64,000 nucleotides of DNA from Gaiellaceae bacterium (GCA_035688025.1 DASSNM010000078.1:915-64914), one strand, 5' to 3'. Shown: positions 21,336 to 30,202, counted from the first letter of the stretch. The notes: generated from the sequence alone by a model not told the origin. Program-made: numbers and translations.

Positions 21336-22184
21336 ATGCTCCCGAACCTCCTCGTGATCGGAGCGATGAAGGCCGGCACCACCAGCCTGCACCGCTACCT
21401 CGACCTGCACCCGGAGATCGCGATGTCGCCCGTGAAGGAGCCGCGCTTCTTCTCGGACGACGCGAACTGGGCGCGCGGGGTCGAGTGGTACGAGGAGCAG
21501 TTCCCGGACGCGGCGCCGGTCCGTGGCGAGGCGACGCCCGACTACACGAAGGCGCCCGAGATCGACGGCGTCCCCGAGCGCATCCACGCCGTCGTCCCGG
21601 ACGCGAAGCTCGTCTATCTCGTGCGCGACCCGATCGAGCGGATCGTCTCCCAGTACGTCGACCAGTACGCGAACGCCGACCTGGACGAGTCGCTCGACGC
21701 CTACCTGCGCTCCGCGCCGTTCGAGCGCCTGCACCTGGTCAACGTCAGCCGCTACATGTTCCAGATCGACCGCTACCTGCCGCTCTTCGACGGCTCCCGG
21801 CTGCTCGTGGTCGCGTCGGAGGACCTCCGCGACCGGCGCCGCGAGACGCTCGCGACCGTCTACCGCTTCCTCGGCGTGGACGAGTCCTTCTGGGACGAGG
21901 ACGCCGCCCGCATCCACCACCCGAGCGGCCCGAAGACGCGGAAGCGGCCGCTCGCCTACCGCCTCGAGCGGGCCGCGGGCCGGCTCCGCGCGACGCGGGT
22001 CGGACGCCGTGTCCCGGCGCGCGTCGTCGCCGCGAAGCGAGCGCTCTCCGAGGCCGGCGCCGCGCCGATCGCGCGGCCGCGCCTCGACCCGGGACTCCGC
22101 CGCGAGCTCGCCGCCTTCCTGCGCGAGGACGTGGAGCGGCTCCGCGCCTTCACGGGCGGAGCCTTCGCCGCCTGGGAGCTCTAG
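21336..22184 (+). CDS. sulfotransferase (Sulfotransfer_1-like)
   Basis: Track ORF of 282 aa. It has the 5'-PSB loop VIGAMKAGTTSL and the 3'-PB motif YLVRDPIERIVSQY. It starts 10 bp downstream of the AT3-SGNH gene. Confidence 0.88.
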   Translation: MLPNLLVIGAMKAGTTSLHRYLDLHPEIAMSPVKEPRFFSDDANWARGVEWYEEQFPDAAPVRGEATPDYTKAPEIDGVPERIHAVVPDAKLVYLVRDPIERIVSQYVDQYANADLDESLDAYLRSAPFERLHLVNVSRYMFQIDRYLPLFDGSRLLVVASEDLRDRRRETLATVYRFLGVDESFWDEDAARIHHPSGPKTRKRPLAYRLERAAGRLRATRVGRRVPARVVAAKRALSEAGAAPIARPRLDPGLRRELAAFLREDVERLRAFTGGAFAAWEL

Positions 22185-22185
22185 G

Positions 22186-22223
22186 GCGGGCGCGGGGCGG
22201 GACGACGCCCGCCCCGCGCCCGC
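22186..22223. terminator. GC-rich hairpin between convergent genes (possible bidirectional terminator)
   Basis: A perfect 16-bp stem, GCGGGCGCGGGGCGGG (22186..22201) pairing with CCCGCCCCGCGCCCGC (22208..22223), has a 6-nt loop. It lies between the sulfotransferase stop (22184) and the stop of the minus-strand gene (22231). There is no U-tract. Confidence 0.5.
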
Positions 22224-22230
22224 GCACCGG

Positions 22231-22974
22231 CTAGCCGCCGTTCGCGGACGCGCTCGCCGGCTCCCGGTCGCCGACGTGCACGGCCGGGCTCGACTCGACC
22301 TGCGAGAGGGTCGAGCCCCTGTCCGCGCGGATCCGGACGACGACGCGGTCGCCGACCCGCAGCTGCGAGGGCGAGATCACGGTCGGGACCTTGCCCTGCC
22401 AGAGCAGGAAGATCGTCTGGTCGCCGGTCGCGAACGTCTGGCTTGCGCTCTGCCCGATCAGCAGCCGCATCGCGCGGGCGTTGCCGCCGCGGACGTCGAG
22501 GGTGACGCTCGAGGCGCCGACCGAGGTCAGCGTCCCGCGGAACAGGTAGAGCGGCTGCGTCGGCACGTACAGCGTCGTGCCGTGGTCGCCGACGAGCGGC
22601 GAGGCGATCTGCTCGAGCTCCGCCAGCGAGGCGCGACGCGGCGCCCGCAGGTTGATCCGGACGTAGTCGCCGACGGCGAGATCGGACGCCGAGACGACGG
22701 TCGGGATCCCCTTCTGCCAGCGGAGGAACTCGGTGCCGTCGCCGTAGGCGAACGTCTGGTCGACCGGCTGGCCGAGCATCGCCCGCAGGGCGAAACGGTC
22801 GCCGCCGACCAGCGACACGGCCAGCTTGCCGTCGGCGGGCGCCGCGGTCAGCCGACCGAGGAAGGCGTAGTGCACGCCTCGGGCGCGAGCCTGCCCGTGG
22901 CCGTTGCCGGCGGCGGCGACGCCCGTGACCGCGAGGGCGGCGAGGACGGCGAGGAGAAGCGTCGTGCGCATCAT
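22231..22974 (-). CDS. secreted protein with two tandem DUF5666-like domains
   Basis: Track ORF of 247 aa. It has a signal peptide (MMRTTLLLAVLAALAVTGVAAAG) and a GGAGG SD. It contains an internal duplication: ...QTFAYGDGTEFLRWQKGIPTVVSASDLAVGDYVRINLRA... versus ...QTFATGDQTIFLLWQGKVPTVISPSQLRVGDRVVVRIRA... Confidence 0.7.
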   Translation of the reverse strand: MMRTTLLLAVLAALAVTGVAAAGNGHGQARARGVHYAFLGRLTAAPADGKLAVSLVGGDRFALRAMLGQPVDQTFAYGDGTEFLRWQKGIPTVVSASDLAVGDYVRINLRAPRRASLAELEQIASPLVGDHGTTLYVPTQPLYLFRGTLTSVGASSVTLDVRGGNARAMRLLIGQSASQTFATGDQTIFLLWQGKVPTVISPSQLRVGDRVVVRIRADRGSTLSQVESSPAVHVGDREPASASANGG

Positions 22975-23069
22975 GTGACCTCCGTTGCGAGAAGAACCTG
23001 GACGCAGGTTCCCCGCGCCCGGTCAGGCTCGCGTCTCGCGCGCGTAAGCCGTCGGTAAGGCCGCTCGCC

Positions 23070-23957
23070 TCAGCCGCGCAGGCCGCCGAGCCGACGCAGC
23101 CAGCGTCCGGCGCGCACGCGGCCGCGGATCAGCACCGGGCGGAGGGCGGCCGGCGCGGCCGCGACGACGGCGTCCGCGAGGTCGGACCGCCGTGCCCGCT
23201 GGGCGGCGGCGAGCGCGTCGAGCGGGGTCCGCTTCGCGCACACGAACGCGCGTCGACGCCCCGCCCGGAAGTCGGGCGAGCCCTCCCAGCTCCCGAAGCG
23301 CGGCTCGAGCTCGACGCAGGCGTAGCCGAACGCGGCGACGAGGTCGTGCACCGCGCGGGCCGTCGGCCAGAGGATGAGCTCGTCCGCAAGCGAGTTCCGG
23401 GGATCGCCGGTGGACTCGCGTCGAAGCTCGAACGCCGACCCGGCGAGCGACGAGAGGTCGGTGTCGACGACGAGCACGTCGCCGTTCCAGCCGGAGATCC
23501 GCCGCAACAGCTCGACCGGGCGGTTGACGTGGTAGAGGAGCCCGAGGCAGAGGACGACGTCGAAGCGGGCGTCGCCGAGGTCGACGTCGAACACGTCCGC
23601 GAGCCGGAACTCGTAGCGGCTGCGGTCGACGCCCTTCGCGTCGAAGACGAGCTCCGCCTGGTCGAGCAGCGTCCGGCGGCCCTCGATCCCGAGCACGAAC
23701 TCGGCCCCGGCCTCGATCGCCGCGAGCGACCAGAAGCCCGCGTTGCAGCCGAGGTCGAGGACGCGCCGCCCCTGCAGGCCGCCGAGCAGCTCGACGACCG
23801 GGTCGAAGAAGTAGCGCCTGCGCTCGGCGTGTCGCGCCCGCTTCGTCGGGTCGGCGATCGGGGTGACGACGCCGCCGCCGAGGTCGAACTCGTAGTGCCA
23901 GTACTCGAAGGCGGCGACCCGCTCGCGCAACTCCGCTGCGCCGTCGCCGCCGGCCAT
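23070..23957 (-). CDS. class I SAM-dependent methyltransferase (CmoB/DUF1698-like N-terminal region)
   Basis: Track ORF of 295 aa. It has YWHYEFDLGGGVVTP followed by SAM motif I, RVLDLGCNAGFWSLAA, and motif II, FDVVLCLGLLYH. It starts 3 nt after the ETF-QO stop. Confidence 0.82.
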   Translation of the reverse strand: MAGGDGAAELRERVAAFEYWHYEFDLGGGVVTPIADPTKRARHAERRRYFFDPVVELLGGLQGRRVLDLGCNAGFWSLAAIEAGAEFVLGIEGRRTLLDQAELVFDAKGVDRSRYEFRLADVFDVDLGDARFDVVLCLGLLYHVNRPVELLRRISGWNGDVLVVDTDLSSLAGSAFELRRESTGDPRNSLADELILWPTARAVHDLVAAFGYACVELEPRFGSWEGSPDFRAGRRRAFVCAKRTPLDALAAAQRARRSDLADAVVAAAPAALRPVLIRGRVRAGRWLRRLGGLRG

Positions 23958-23960
23958 GCC

Positions 23961-25652
23961 CTACGTGAGCGTGTACTCGGGGCCGGAGCCGCCCTCGGGT
24001 GGGGTCAGCCGGCCGCCCTTGGCGGTGATCGCGCCGCACTGGACGCAGTTCGACGGCGCCATCTGGACGGTCACGGTGCCGTCGCCGCCCTCGGTGCCGA
24101 GCTCGTAGACCTGGGCCGGGCACATGTTCACCCAGAGGTCCGCCACCTCGCGCGGCACCTTCCGCTCGATCCGGATGTGGTTCGGCTGGTCGTCGCGGGT
24201 CTTGTTGCCGGACGCGAAGACCGACGAGAGCTTGTCGAAGGTGAGCTGCCCGTCCGGGGACGGGTAGCGCGCGGAGCGGTTCGTCGAGAGGAGCGGCTGC
24301 TCGGCGTCCGGCTCGGCGCGCATCCTGCCGAGCTCGACGCGGCCCTTCGAGACGGTCATCGCGCTCGCGAGCGCGCCGCCGACGAAGAAGCCGCGGCCGA
24401 ACACCTGGCGCATGTTCCGCACCTCGTGGAGGTCCTTGCCGACGAAGCCGGAGCGGATCGCGTCGTCGTAGCCCGCGAGCGCCGTCGCCGGGGTGGCGCC
24501 CCGCTGCAGCGCCGCGAACGCGGACTCGGCGGCGAGCCGGCCGGACTCGATCGCGTAGTGGACGCCCTTGAGCCGTGGGATGTTGACCATGCCGGGGCCG
24601 TCGCCGCAGAGCAGCAGTCCCGGCGCGTAGAGGCGCTTCGGCAGCGAGTGCCAGCCGCCGCTCGGGATCGTCTTCGCGCCCCAGCCGACCCGCTCGCCGC
24701 CCTCGAGCAGCTTGCGGATCTTCGGGTGCGTCTTCAGCTCCTGCAGCAGGTCGTGGACGGAGAGCTCGGCGTCGCGGTAGTCGAGGCCGACGACCATCCC
24801 GATCGTGAGCATGTCGTCGCCCATCGGGTAGACGAACGAGCCGCCGAACTCGCGGTACTTCGCGGCGTAGCGGAGCGGCCAGCCCATCGTGTGGATCACG
24901 TGCCGGAGCGGCTTCGCGACCTTCCAGACCTCCTTGACGCCGAGCTCCCAGACCTGCGGGTCGTCGCCGTGGAGGCCGAAGCGGTCGATCGCGACCCCGG
25001 TCAGGTGACCCTGCGTGCCCTCGGCGAGGACGGTCACCTTCGCGACGAGGTCGGCGCCCGGCTCGAAGTTGCCGAGCTGCTCGCCGTCGCGCCCGCGGCC
25101 CTTGTCGCCGGTGCGGACGCCGACGACGCGGCCGTGCGAGACGAGCAGCTTCTCGGCCGACGTCTCGGGGAGGATCATCGCGCCGCCCGCCTCCGCCTGC
25201 TCGCCGAGGAAGCGGCCGAGCTGCGCGAGCGAGAAGACCCAGTTGCCGTGGTTGCGCATCGGCGGCGGCGGCGGGATCCGCAGCGCGGCCCGCCTCGTCA
25301 GCAGGTAGACGGCCTCGCCGTGGACGGGCCCGTAGCTCGGCATGTCCTCGAGCCGGATCCGGTCGCCGAAGAGGCGGCGGAGCGAGCGCGGGTTGACGAC
25401 CGCGCCGGAGAGCAGGTGCGAGCCGGGCTGCTTGCCCTTCTCGACGACGGCGACCGGCACCTCGCCGAGCCGCTCCGCGACTTCCGGGTGCTCCTCGATC
25501 AGCTGGCCGAGCCGGATCGCGCAGGCGAGCCCGGCCGGGCCGCCGCCGACGATCAGGACGCCGACCTCGATCCGCTCGTCCTCGGGGTCGGTCGGCTCGG
25601 CGACGTAGCGCGCCGTGTCGAACGGCGGCGGGAAGTTGCTCGGCCGGGTCAT
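23961..25652 (-). CDS. electron-transfer flavoprotein:quinone oxidoreductase (ETF-QO/FixC-FixX-like fusion)
   Basis: Track ORF of 563 aa. It has the FAD dinucleotide fold VLIVGGGPAGLACA and a C-terminal 4Fe-4S region (CPAQVYE...NCVQCGAITAK). Confidence 0.92.
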   Translation of the reverse strand: MTRPSNFPPPFDTARYVAEPTDPEDERIEVGVLIVGGGPAGLACAIRLGQLIEEHPEVAERLGEVPVAVVEKGKQPGSHLLSGAVVNPRSLRRLFGDRIRLEDMPSYGPVHGEAVYLLTRRAALRIPPPPPMRNHGNWVFSLAQLGRFLGEQAEAGGAMILPETSAEKLLVSHGRVVGVRTGDKGRGRDGEQLGNFEPGADLVAKVTVLAEGTQGHLTGVAIDRFGLHGDDPQVWELGVKEVWKVAKPLRHVIHTMGWPLRYAAKYREFGGSFVYPMGDDMLTIGMVVGLDYRDAELSVHDLLQELKTHPKIRKLLEGGERVGWGAKTIPSGGWHSLPKRLYAPGLLLCGDGPGMVNIPRLKGVHYAIESGRLAAESAFAALQRGATPATALAGYDDAIRSGFVGKDLHEVRNMRQVFGRGFFVGGALASAMTVSKGRVELGRMRAEPDAEQPLLSTNRSARYPSPDGQLTFDKLSSVFASGNKTRDDQPNHIRIERKVPREVADLWVNMCPAQVYELGTEGGDGTVTVQMAPSNCVQCGAITAKGGRLTPPEGGSGPEYTLT

Positions 25653-26611
25653 CCCCTGCGGGCGCGGAGCAGCTCGGTCAGCTTCGGCACGATCTCGTGC
25701 ACGTCGCCGACGACGCCGAGATCCGAGAACTCGAAGATCGGCGCGTTCGCGTCCTTGTTGATCGAGACGATCACGTTCGAGGACTGCATCCCGACCTTGT
25801 GCTGGATCGCGCCGGAGATGCCGAGCGCCACGTAGAGCTTCGGCGAGACGGTCTTGCCGGTCTGGCCGATCTGGGCCGAGTACGGGTACCAGCCCGCGTC
25901 GACGACGGCGCGCGTCGCGCCGACCGCGCCGCCGAGCGCCTTCGCGAGCTCCTCGGCGAGGCTGAAGTTCTCGGGGGAGCCGAGGCCGCGGCCGCCGGCG
26001 ACGACGATGTCCGCGTCCTCGATCGACGGCCCGGTGGACTGCTCGCCCTCCTGGCCGGTCAGCCGCGCCTGCGTCGAGTGCGCCTCGAAGCTCGGCGACA
26101 CCTCGACGACCTCCGGCTCGCCGCCGCCGGCCGCGGCCGCGTCGAAGGAGCCGGCGCGGAAGAGCGCGAGCCGCGGCGTCGACGTCCAGCCGACGTCCGC
26201 GTAGACCGAGTCCTGGAGCGCCGGGCGCTTGCCGACGAGCTCGCCGCCACGGGCCTCGACGTCCGCGAGATCCCAGTTGAGCCCGGCGTCGAGGCGCGCC
26301 GCGAGCCCGGCGGCGACGTCCGCCGCGAGCACCGAGTTGGCGAAGAGGACGGTGTCGTAGCCGCCGTCGGCGACGACCTGCGCGAGCACGTCGACGCGCG
26401 GCTGCGGCAGCGGCTGGCGGACCTGCTCGTCCTCGCAGACCCAGACCTTCGCGGCGCCGAACTTCCCGGCCTCGGAGGCGAGCGCCTTCGCGCCCTCGCC
26501 GATCACGACCGCGTCCGCGCCGCCGAGCTGCGCCGCCTTGGTCAGCACGCCGAGCGCGCCCTTCTGGAGCTCGTTCCCGCGATGCTCGAGGAAGACCAGG
26601 GTGCCGGCCAT
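25649..26611 (-). CDS. etfA: electron transfer flavoprotein subunit alpha
   Basis: This is the last 320 codons of track ORF 25649..31879, starting at the ATG at 26611. It shares one base with the etfB stop (TGATG). It has the FAD-binding signature PKLYVALGISGAIQHKVGMQSSNVIVSINKD. Confidence 0.95.
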   Translation of the reverse strand: MAGTLVFLEHRGNELQKGALGVLTKAAQLGGADAVVIGEGAKALASEAGKFGAAKVWVCEDEQVRQPLPQPRVDVLAQVVADGGYDTVLFANSVLAADVAAGLAARLDAGLNWDLADVEARGGELVGKRPALQDSVYADVGWTSTPRLALFRAGSFDAAAAGGGEPEVVEVSPSFEAHSTQARLTGQEGEQSTGPSIEDADIVVAGGRGLGSPENFSLAEELAKALGGAVGATRAVVDAGWYPYSAQIGQTGKTVSPKLYVALGISGAIQHKVGMQSSNVIVSINKDANAPIFEFSDLGVVGDVHEIVPKLTELLRARRG

Positions 26612-27381
26612 CAGACGAGCCTCTTCTCGGCGAGGAAGTCGACGATCGCCTGCGCCGCGTTGCCGTCGTCCTCGATCTTCCGCGCGTCGCCGCGGGCGGG
26701 CGGCTGGCCGAGCGCGAGGACGGAGGTGCGCGAGCCGGCCTCGCCCGCGTCGTCGGCGCCGAGGCCGAGGTCGCCGAGCGAGCGCACGTCCTGCGGCTTC
26801 TTCTTCGCGCCCATGATCCCCTTCAGCGACGGGTAGCGCGGCTCGTTGATCGCGTCGGAGACCGCGACGACCGCGGGGAGCGGCGACTCGATCGTGTCGT
26901 ACCCGAACTCGGTCTGGCGCTTCGCCTTCAGCGAGCGGCCGTCGACCGCGAGCTCGGCCGCCTGCGAGACGACCGGCCGCTTCAGGCGCTCCGCGACGGC
27001 CGCCCAGAGCACGGCGCCGTCGGCGTCGGAGGCCTGCTGGCCGAAGAGGACGAGATCGGGGCTCTCCTGCTCGAGCGCGGCCGCGAGCACGCGGCTCGTC
27101 GCGACGAGGTCGGAGCCGGCGGCGCCGGGGTCGCTGACGAGGACGGCGCGGTCGGCGCCCATCGCGAGCGCCTTGCGCAGCGAGTCGGCCGCCTTCTCCG
27201 GACCCATCGAGACGACGACCACCTCGGTGTCGGAGTCGCCCTTGAGGCGCAGCGCCTCCTCGACCGCGTTCGCGTCGAACTTGTTCAACGCCCCCTCGCC
27301 CGAGCGGTCGAGCCGCTTCGAGCCGGGATCGAGCTTCGCCGCGCCCTCCGGCACGTGCTTGACGCAGACGGCGATCTTCAT
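26611..27381 (-). CDS. etfB: electron transfer flavoprotein subunit beta
   Basis: Track ORF of 256 aa. It starts MKIAVCVKHVPE and contains DLVLFGQQASD, typical of EtfB. Confidence 0.95.
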   Translation of the reverse strand: MKIAVCVKHVPEGAAKLDPGSKRLDRSGEGALNKFDANAVEEALRLKGDSDTEVVVVSMGPEKAADSLRKALAMGADRAVLVSDPGAAGSDLVATSRVLAAALEQESPDLVLFGQQASDADGAVLWAAVAERLKRPVVSQAAELAVDGRSLKAKRQTEFGYDTIESPLPAVVAVSDAINEPRYPSLKGIMGAKKKPQDVRSLGDLGLGADDAGEAGSRTSVLALGQPPARGDARKIEDDGNAAQAIVDFLAEKRLV

Positions 27382-27448
27382 GCGGGGCTGACTCTACACA
27401 CGGGCGTCGGGCGGCGATCCGGTCACCTTCGGGACTAGAGTCCGGCCC

Positions 27449-28207
27449 GTGACGGGCCCCTCGACCACGACGCGCTCGACCTCGGAACGGGCGCGGCTCG
27501 CGCGCGAGCACGCCCGCTGGCTCGCCCGCAATCGCGGCGGCCGCCTGCTGGAGCGGCTGCTGCGCCGCCGCGTCGGCCCGGGCGTCTGGGCGGCCCTCGT
27601 CGCGCTCGCGGGCGAGCGGCGGATCGCGCGCGAGCACCGGGCGGCGGTCCGCAAGGCGAGCGCGTACGCCGGCGCGCGCGGGCTCCGGATCAACGTCGGC
27701 TGCGGCCCGCGCCTGAAGGAGGGCTGGGTCAACCTCGACCTCGTCGGCGACGAGACGCTCCACCTCGACCTGCGGCGCCCGCTCCCGTTCGCCGACGGCA
27801 GCGCCGAGATCGTCTACGGCGAGCACGTCTTCGAGCACCTGGCCTTCCCCGAGGAGACGCACGGCTTCCTGCGGGAGTGCCTGCGCGTGCTCGCCCCGGG
27901 CGGCCGGCTCAGCCTCGTCGTCCCGGACACGCCGCCGCTCCTGCGCGCCGTCGCCGACCGCGACGAGGAGTGGCTGCGGGTCGCGCGCGAGCGCTGGCAT
28001 CCGGACTGGTGCCGCTTCCCGCTCGACCAGCTCAACTACCACTTCCGCCAGGACGGCGAGCACAAGTGGGCCTGGGACGAGGAGTCGCTCGTCCGCGCGT
28101 TCGAGGACGCCGGCTTCGCGGACGTCCACCGGCGCGCGTTCGACCCGGAGCTCGACAGCGAGGAGCGCCGCGAGGGCAGCCTCGCCGTCGACGGCCGCCG
28201 GCCCTAG
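27449..28207 (+). CDS. class I SAM-dependent methyltransferase (Methyltransf_11/23-like)
   Basis: Track ORF of 252 aa with a GTG start. It has motif I, LRINVGCGPRLKEGWVNLD, then EIVYGEHVFEHL and LAPGGRLSLVVPD. The N-terminal ~80 aa are Arg-rich, so the true start may lie further downstream. Confidence 0.75.
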   Translation: MTGPSTTTRSTSERARLAREHARWLARNRGGRLLERLLRRRVGPGVWAALVALAGERRIAREHRAAVRKASAYAGARGLRINVGCGPRLKEGWVNLDLVGDETLHLDLRRPLPFADGSAEIVYGEHVFEHLAFPEETHGFLRECLRVLAPGGRLSLVVPDTPPLLRAVADRDEEWLRVARERWHPDWCRFPLDQLNYHFRQDGEHKWAWDEESLVRAFEDAGFADVHRRAFDPELDSEERREGSLAVDGRRP

Positions 28208-28218
28208 CGCTCCCGCCG

Positions 28219-29301
28219 CTACATGCGCTGCGCGAGCGCGAGCACGTCCGCGACGAACGTCTCGCTCACCTTCAGCACGCCCCGCTCGCGCACGGCGCGC
28301 TCGCCCTGGTACCAGCCGGCGAGCGCGAGCCGGCGGTCGCCGTTGAAGGCGCCGAGCAGGTGGTGCAGGTAGGCGACCCCGACCTCGACGTTGCCGTCGG
28401 CCGTGTGCGCGACCTTGTGCCCGAGGAGCACGGTCTCGACGTACGTCCACGTCGTCGGCAGCAGCTGCATGATCCCCTGCGCGCCGACCGAGGAGACGAG
28501 CCGGTTGTTGTAGCCGGACTCCATCCAGGCGAGCGCGCGCGCCAGGTGCGGGTCGACGCCGAAGTGCGCGGCCCAGCGGTCGATCGAGGCGCGCACCGCG
28601 GCGACGCTCGAGACGCGCGCGGCGGCCGGCTGGACGTGGACGACCGCGGGCAGGCGGAGCCTCGTGCCGATCAGGAGCGGCTTCCCCGGGTCGAGGCGGT
28701 TCAGGTGCGCGAGCGCCGAGACGGTCGTCCGGAACCGCTGCGCGATCGCGCTCAGCGACTCGCCCGGCTTCACGACCCAGCGGCGCGCGACCACGACCGT
28801 CTTCGCCTTCACCGGCACCCGCGTCGTGCCCTCGACGGCGGCGAGCGTGTGCGGACCGACGACGCCGTCGGGCGCGAGGTGGAGTCGCCGCTGGTAGGCG
28901 CGGACGCCGCGCAGGGTCGGGCCGTCGAAGTACGCGTTCACCGGCACCTTGATCCCGCGCGCGACGAGCAGGTACTGGAGGACGGCGACGTCCCAGCCGA
29001 AGGCGCCGCGACGGAGCGTGCGGGCGCCGAAGAGCGGCCGGCCCATCGGGCCGAGCGCGGCGCGCGTCCTGGCGTCGGCGACGCCGGTGACCGGCAGCCC
29101 GTGCGAGCGCTGGAAGGCGCGGACGGCGGCGGCGGTGAGCGGCCCGGCGATCGCGTCGATCGGGCCTCGGTAGAGGCCCTGGGCGCGCAGGGCGACCTGG
29201 AGTCCGGCCTGCTGCGGGTTCGTCGAGGCGTGGGCGCCCGCCGGCGCGGCCGCCGCCAGGCCCGCTGCGAGCGCCCCCGCGAGAAGGAGACGGAAGCGCA
29301 T
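28219..29301 (-). CDS. secreted lytic transglycosylase with two PG_binding_1 repeats and a LysM domain
   Basis: This is track ORF 28219..29424 trimmed to the ATG at 29301 (MRFRLLLAGALAAGLAAAAPAGAHA, a signal peptide). It has two peptidoglycan-binding repeats (VRAFQRSHGLPVTGVAD and VRAYQRRLHLAPDGVVG). The LysM domain contains VVKPGESLSAIAQRF...LIGTRLRLP. The SLT catalytic region is AWMESGYN...AQGIMQLLP. Confidence 0.88.
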   Translation of the reverse strand: MRFRLLLAGALAAGLAAAAPAGAHASTNPQQAGLQVALRAQGLYRGPIDAIAGPLTAAAVRAFQRSHGLPVTGVADARTRAALGPMGRPLFGARTLRRGAFGWDVAVLQYLLVARGIKVPVNAYFDGPTLRGVRAYQRRLHLAPDGVVGPHTLAAVEGTTRVPVKAKTVVVARRWVVKPGESLSAIAQRFRTTVSALAHLNRLDPGKPLLIGTRLRLPAVVHVQPAAARVSSVAAVRASIDRWAAHFGVDPHLARALAWMESGYNNRLVSSVGAQGIMQLLPTTWTYVETVLLGHKVAHTADGNVEVGVAYLHHLLGAFNGDRRLALAGWYQGERAVRERGVLKVSETFVADVLALAQRM

Positions 29302-29362
29302 CGAGGCTTCGTTTACGCGGCCGGGCGGCGAAGTCCTCCGAGCGGGCGCATAGTCTGCGCGC

Positions 29363-30202
29363 GTGCCGTTCTTCCGCCCCAGGCAGCCGACGGTCGACGC
29401 CGGCTTCAACCTCGTCCTGATCACGTACGACAGCTGCCGCTACGACGTGCTCGCGGCCGCGCACACGCCGGTGCTCGACTCGTACGCGCGAATCGTGCCG
29501 GCGCAGACGCCCGCGAACTTCACGTACGCCGCCCACCACGCGTTCTTCGCCGGGATGCTCCCGAACGCGCCCGACGACCTCCCGTACTACAACCGCTTCG
29601 TCCGGCAGGTGGTGCGGCTCGGGCTCCGCGCCGAGATGACCCGGCCGGCGCTCCTCGTCGTCGAGAGCGACCGCAACGTCGTCGCCGGGCTCCGCGACGC
29701 CGGCTGGCAGACGCTCGGCACCGGCGCGATGGACTGGTTCCAGCAGCGCCTGCTCGTGGACGGGTTCGACCGCTTCCACTACACGAACGAGGGCGCCGCC
29801 GCGCAGATCGCCTGGCTGCTCGGGGCGCTCGACCGCCGCCGCCGCTTCTTCGCGTTCCTCAACTTCGGGGAGACGCACACGCCGTTCGCCTACCCGGGCA
29901 AGCCGGAGGCGGCGCAGGAGGACTGGTCGCCGAGGCGGATGACCTGGCCTCCGGCCGAGCACGGCCCCGCCGGCCGCGAGCACCCGGCCTGGGAGCTCCA
30001 GCGCGGCGCCGCCGAGTACCTCGACGGACAGCTGGCGACCCTCTTCGACGGGCTCCCGGGCGAGACGCTCGTCGTCCTCTGCGCAGACCACGGCGAGGCG
30101 ATGGGCGAGGACGGCTACGAGGGCCACGGCGTCAACCACGAGACCGTCCTGACCGTGCCGCTGGCGATCTTCCGGCTCGACCGCGAACCGCTGCCGGGCT
30201 AG
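29363..30202 (+). CDS. sulfatase/alkaline-phosphatase-superfamily protein (short, atypical)
   Basis: Track ORF of 279 aa. Its N-terminal LVLITYDSCRYDVLAAAHTPVLDS and C-terminal VVLCADHGEAMGEDGYEGHG resemble the metal-binding ends of PF00884-type enzymes. There is no CxPxR/SxPxR formylglycine motif and no signal peptide. Confidence 0.55.
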   Translation: MPFFRPRQPTVDAGFNLVLITYDSCRYDVLAAAHTPVLDSYARIVPAQTPANFTYAAHHAFFAGMLPNAPDDLPYYNRFVRQVVRLGLRAEMTRPALLVVESDRNVVAGLRDAGWQTLGTGAMDWFQQRLLVDGFDRFHYTNEGAAAQIAWLLGALDRRRRFFAFLNFGETHTPFAYPGKPEAAQEDWSPRRMTWPPAEHGPAGREHPAWELQRGAAEYLDGQLATLFDGLPGETLVVLCADHGEAMGEDGYEGHGVNHETVLTVPLAIFRLDREPLPG

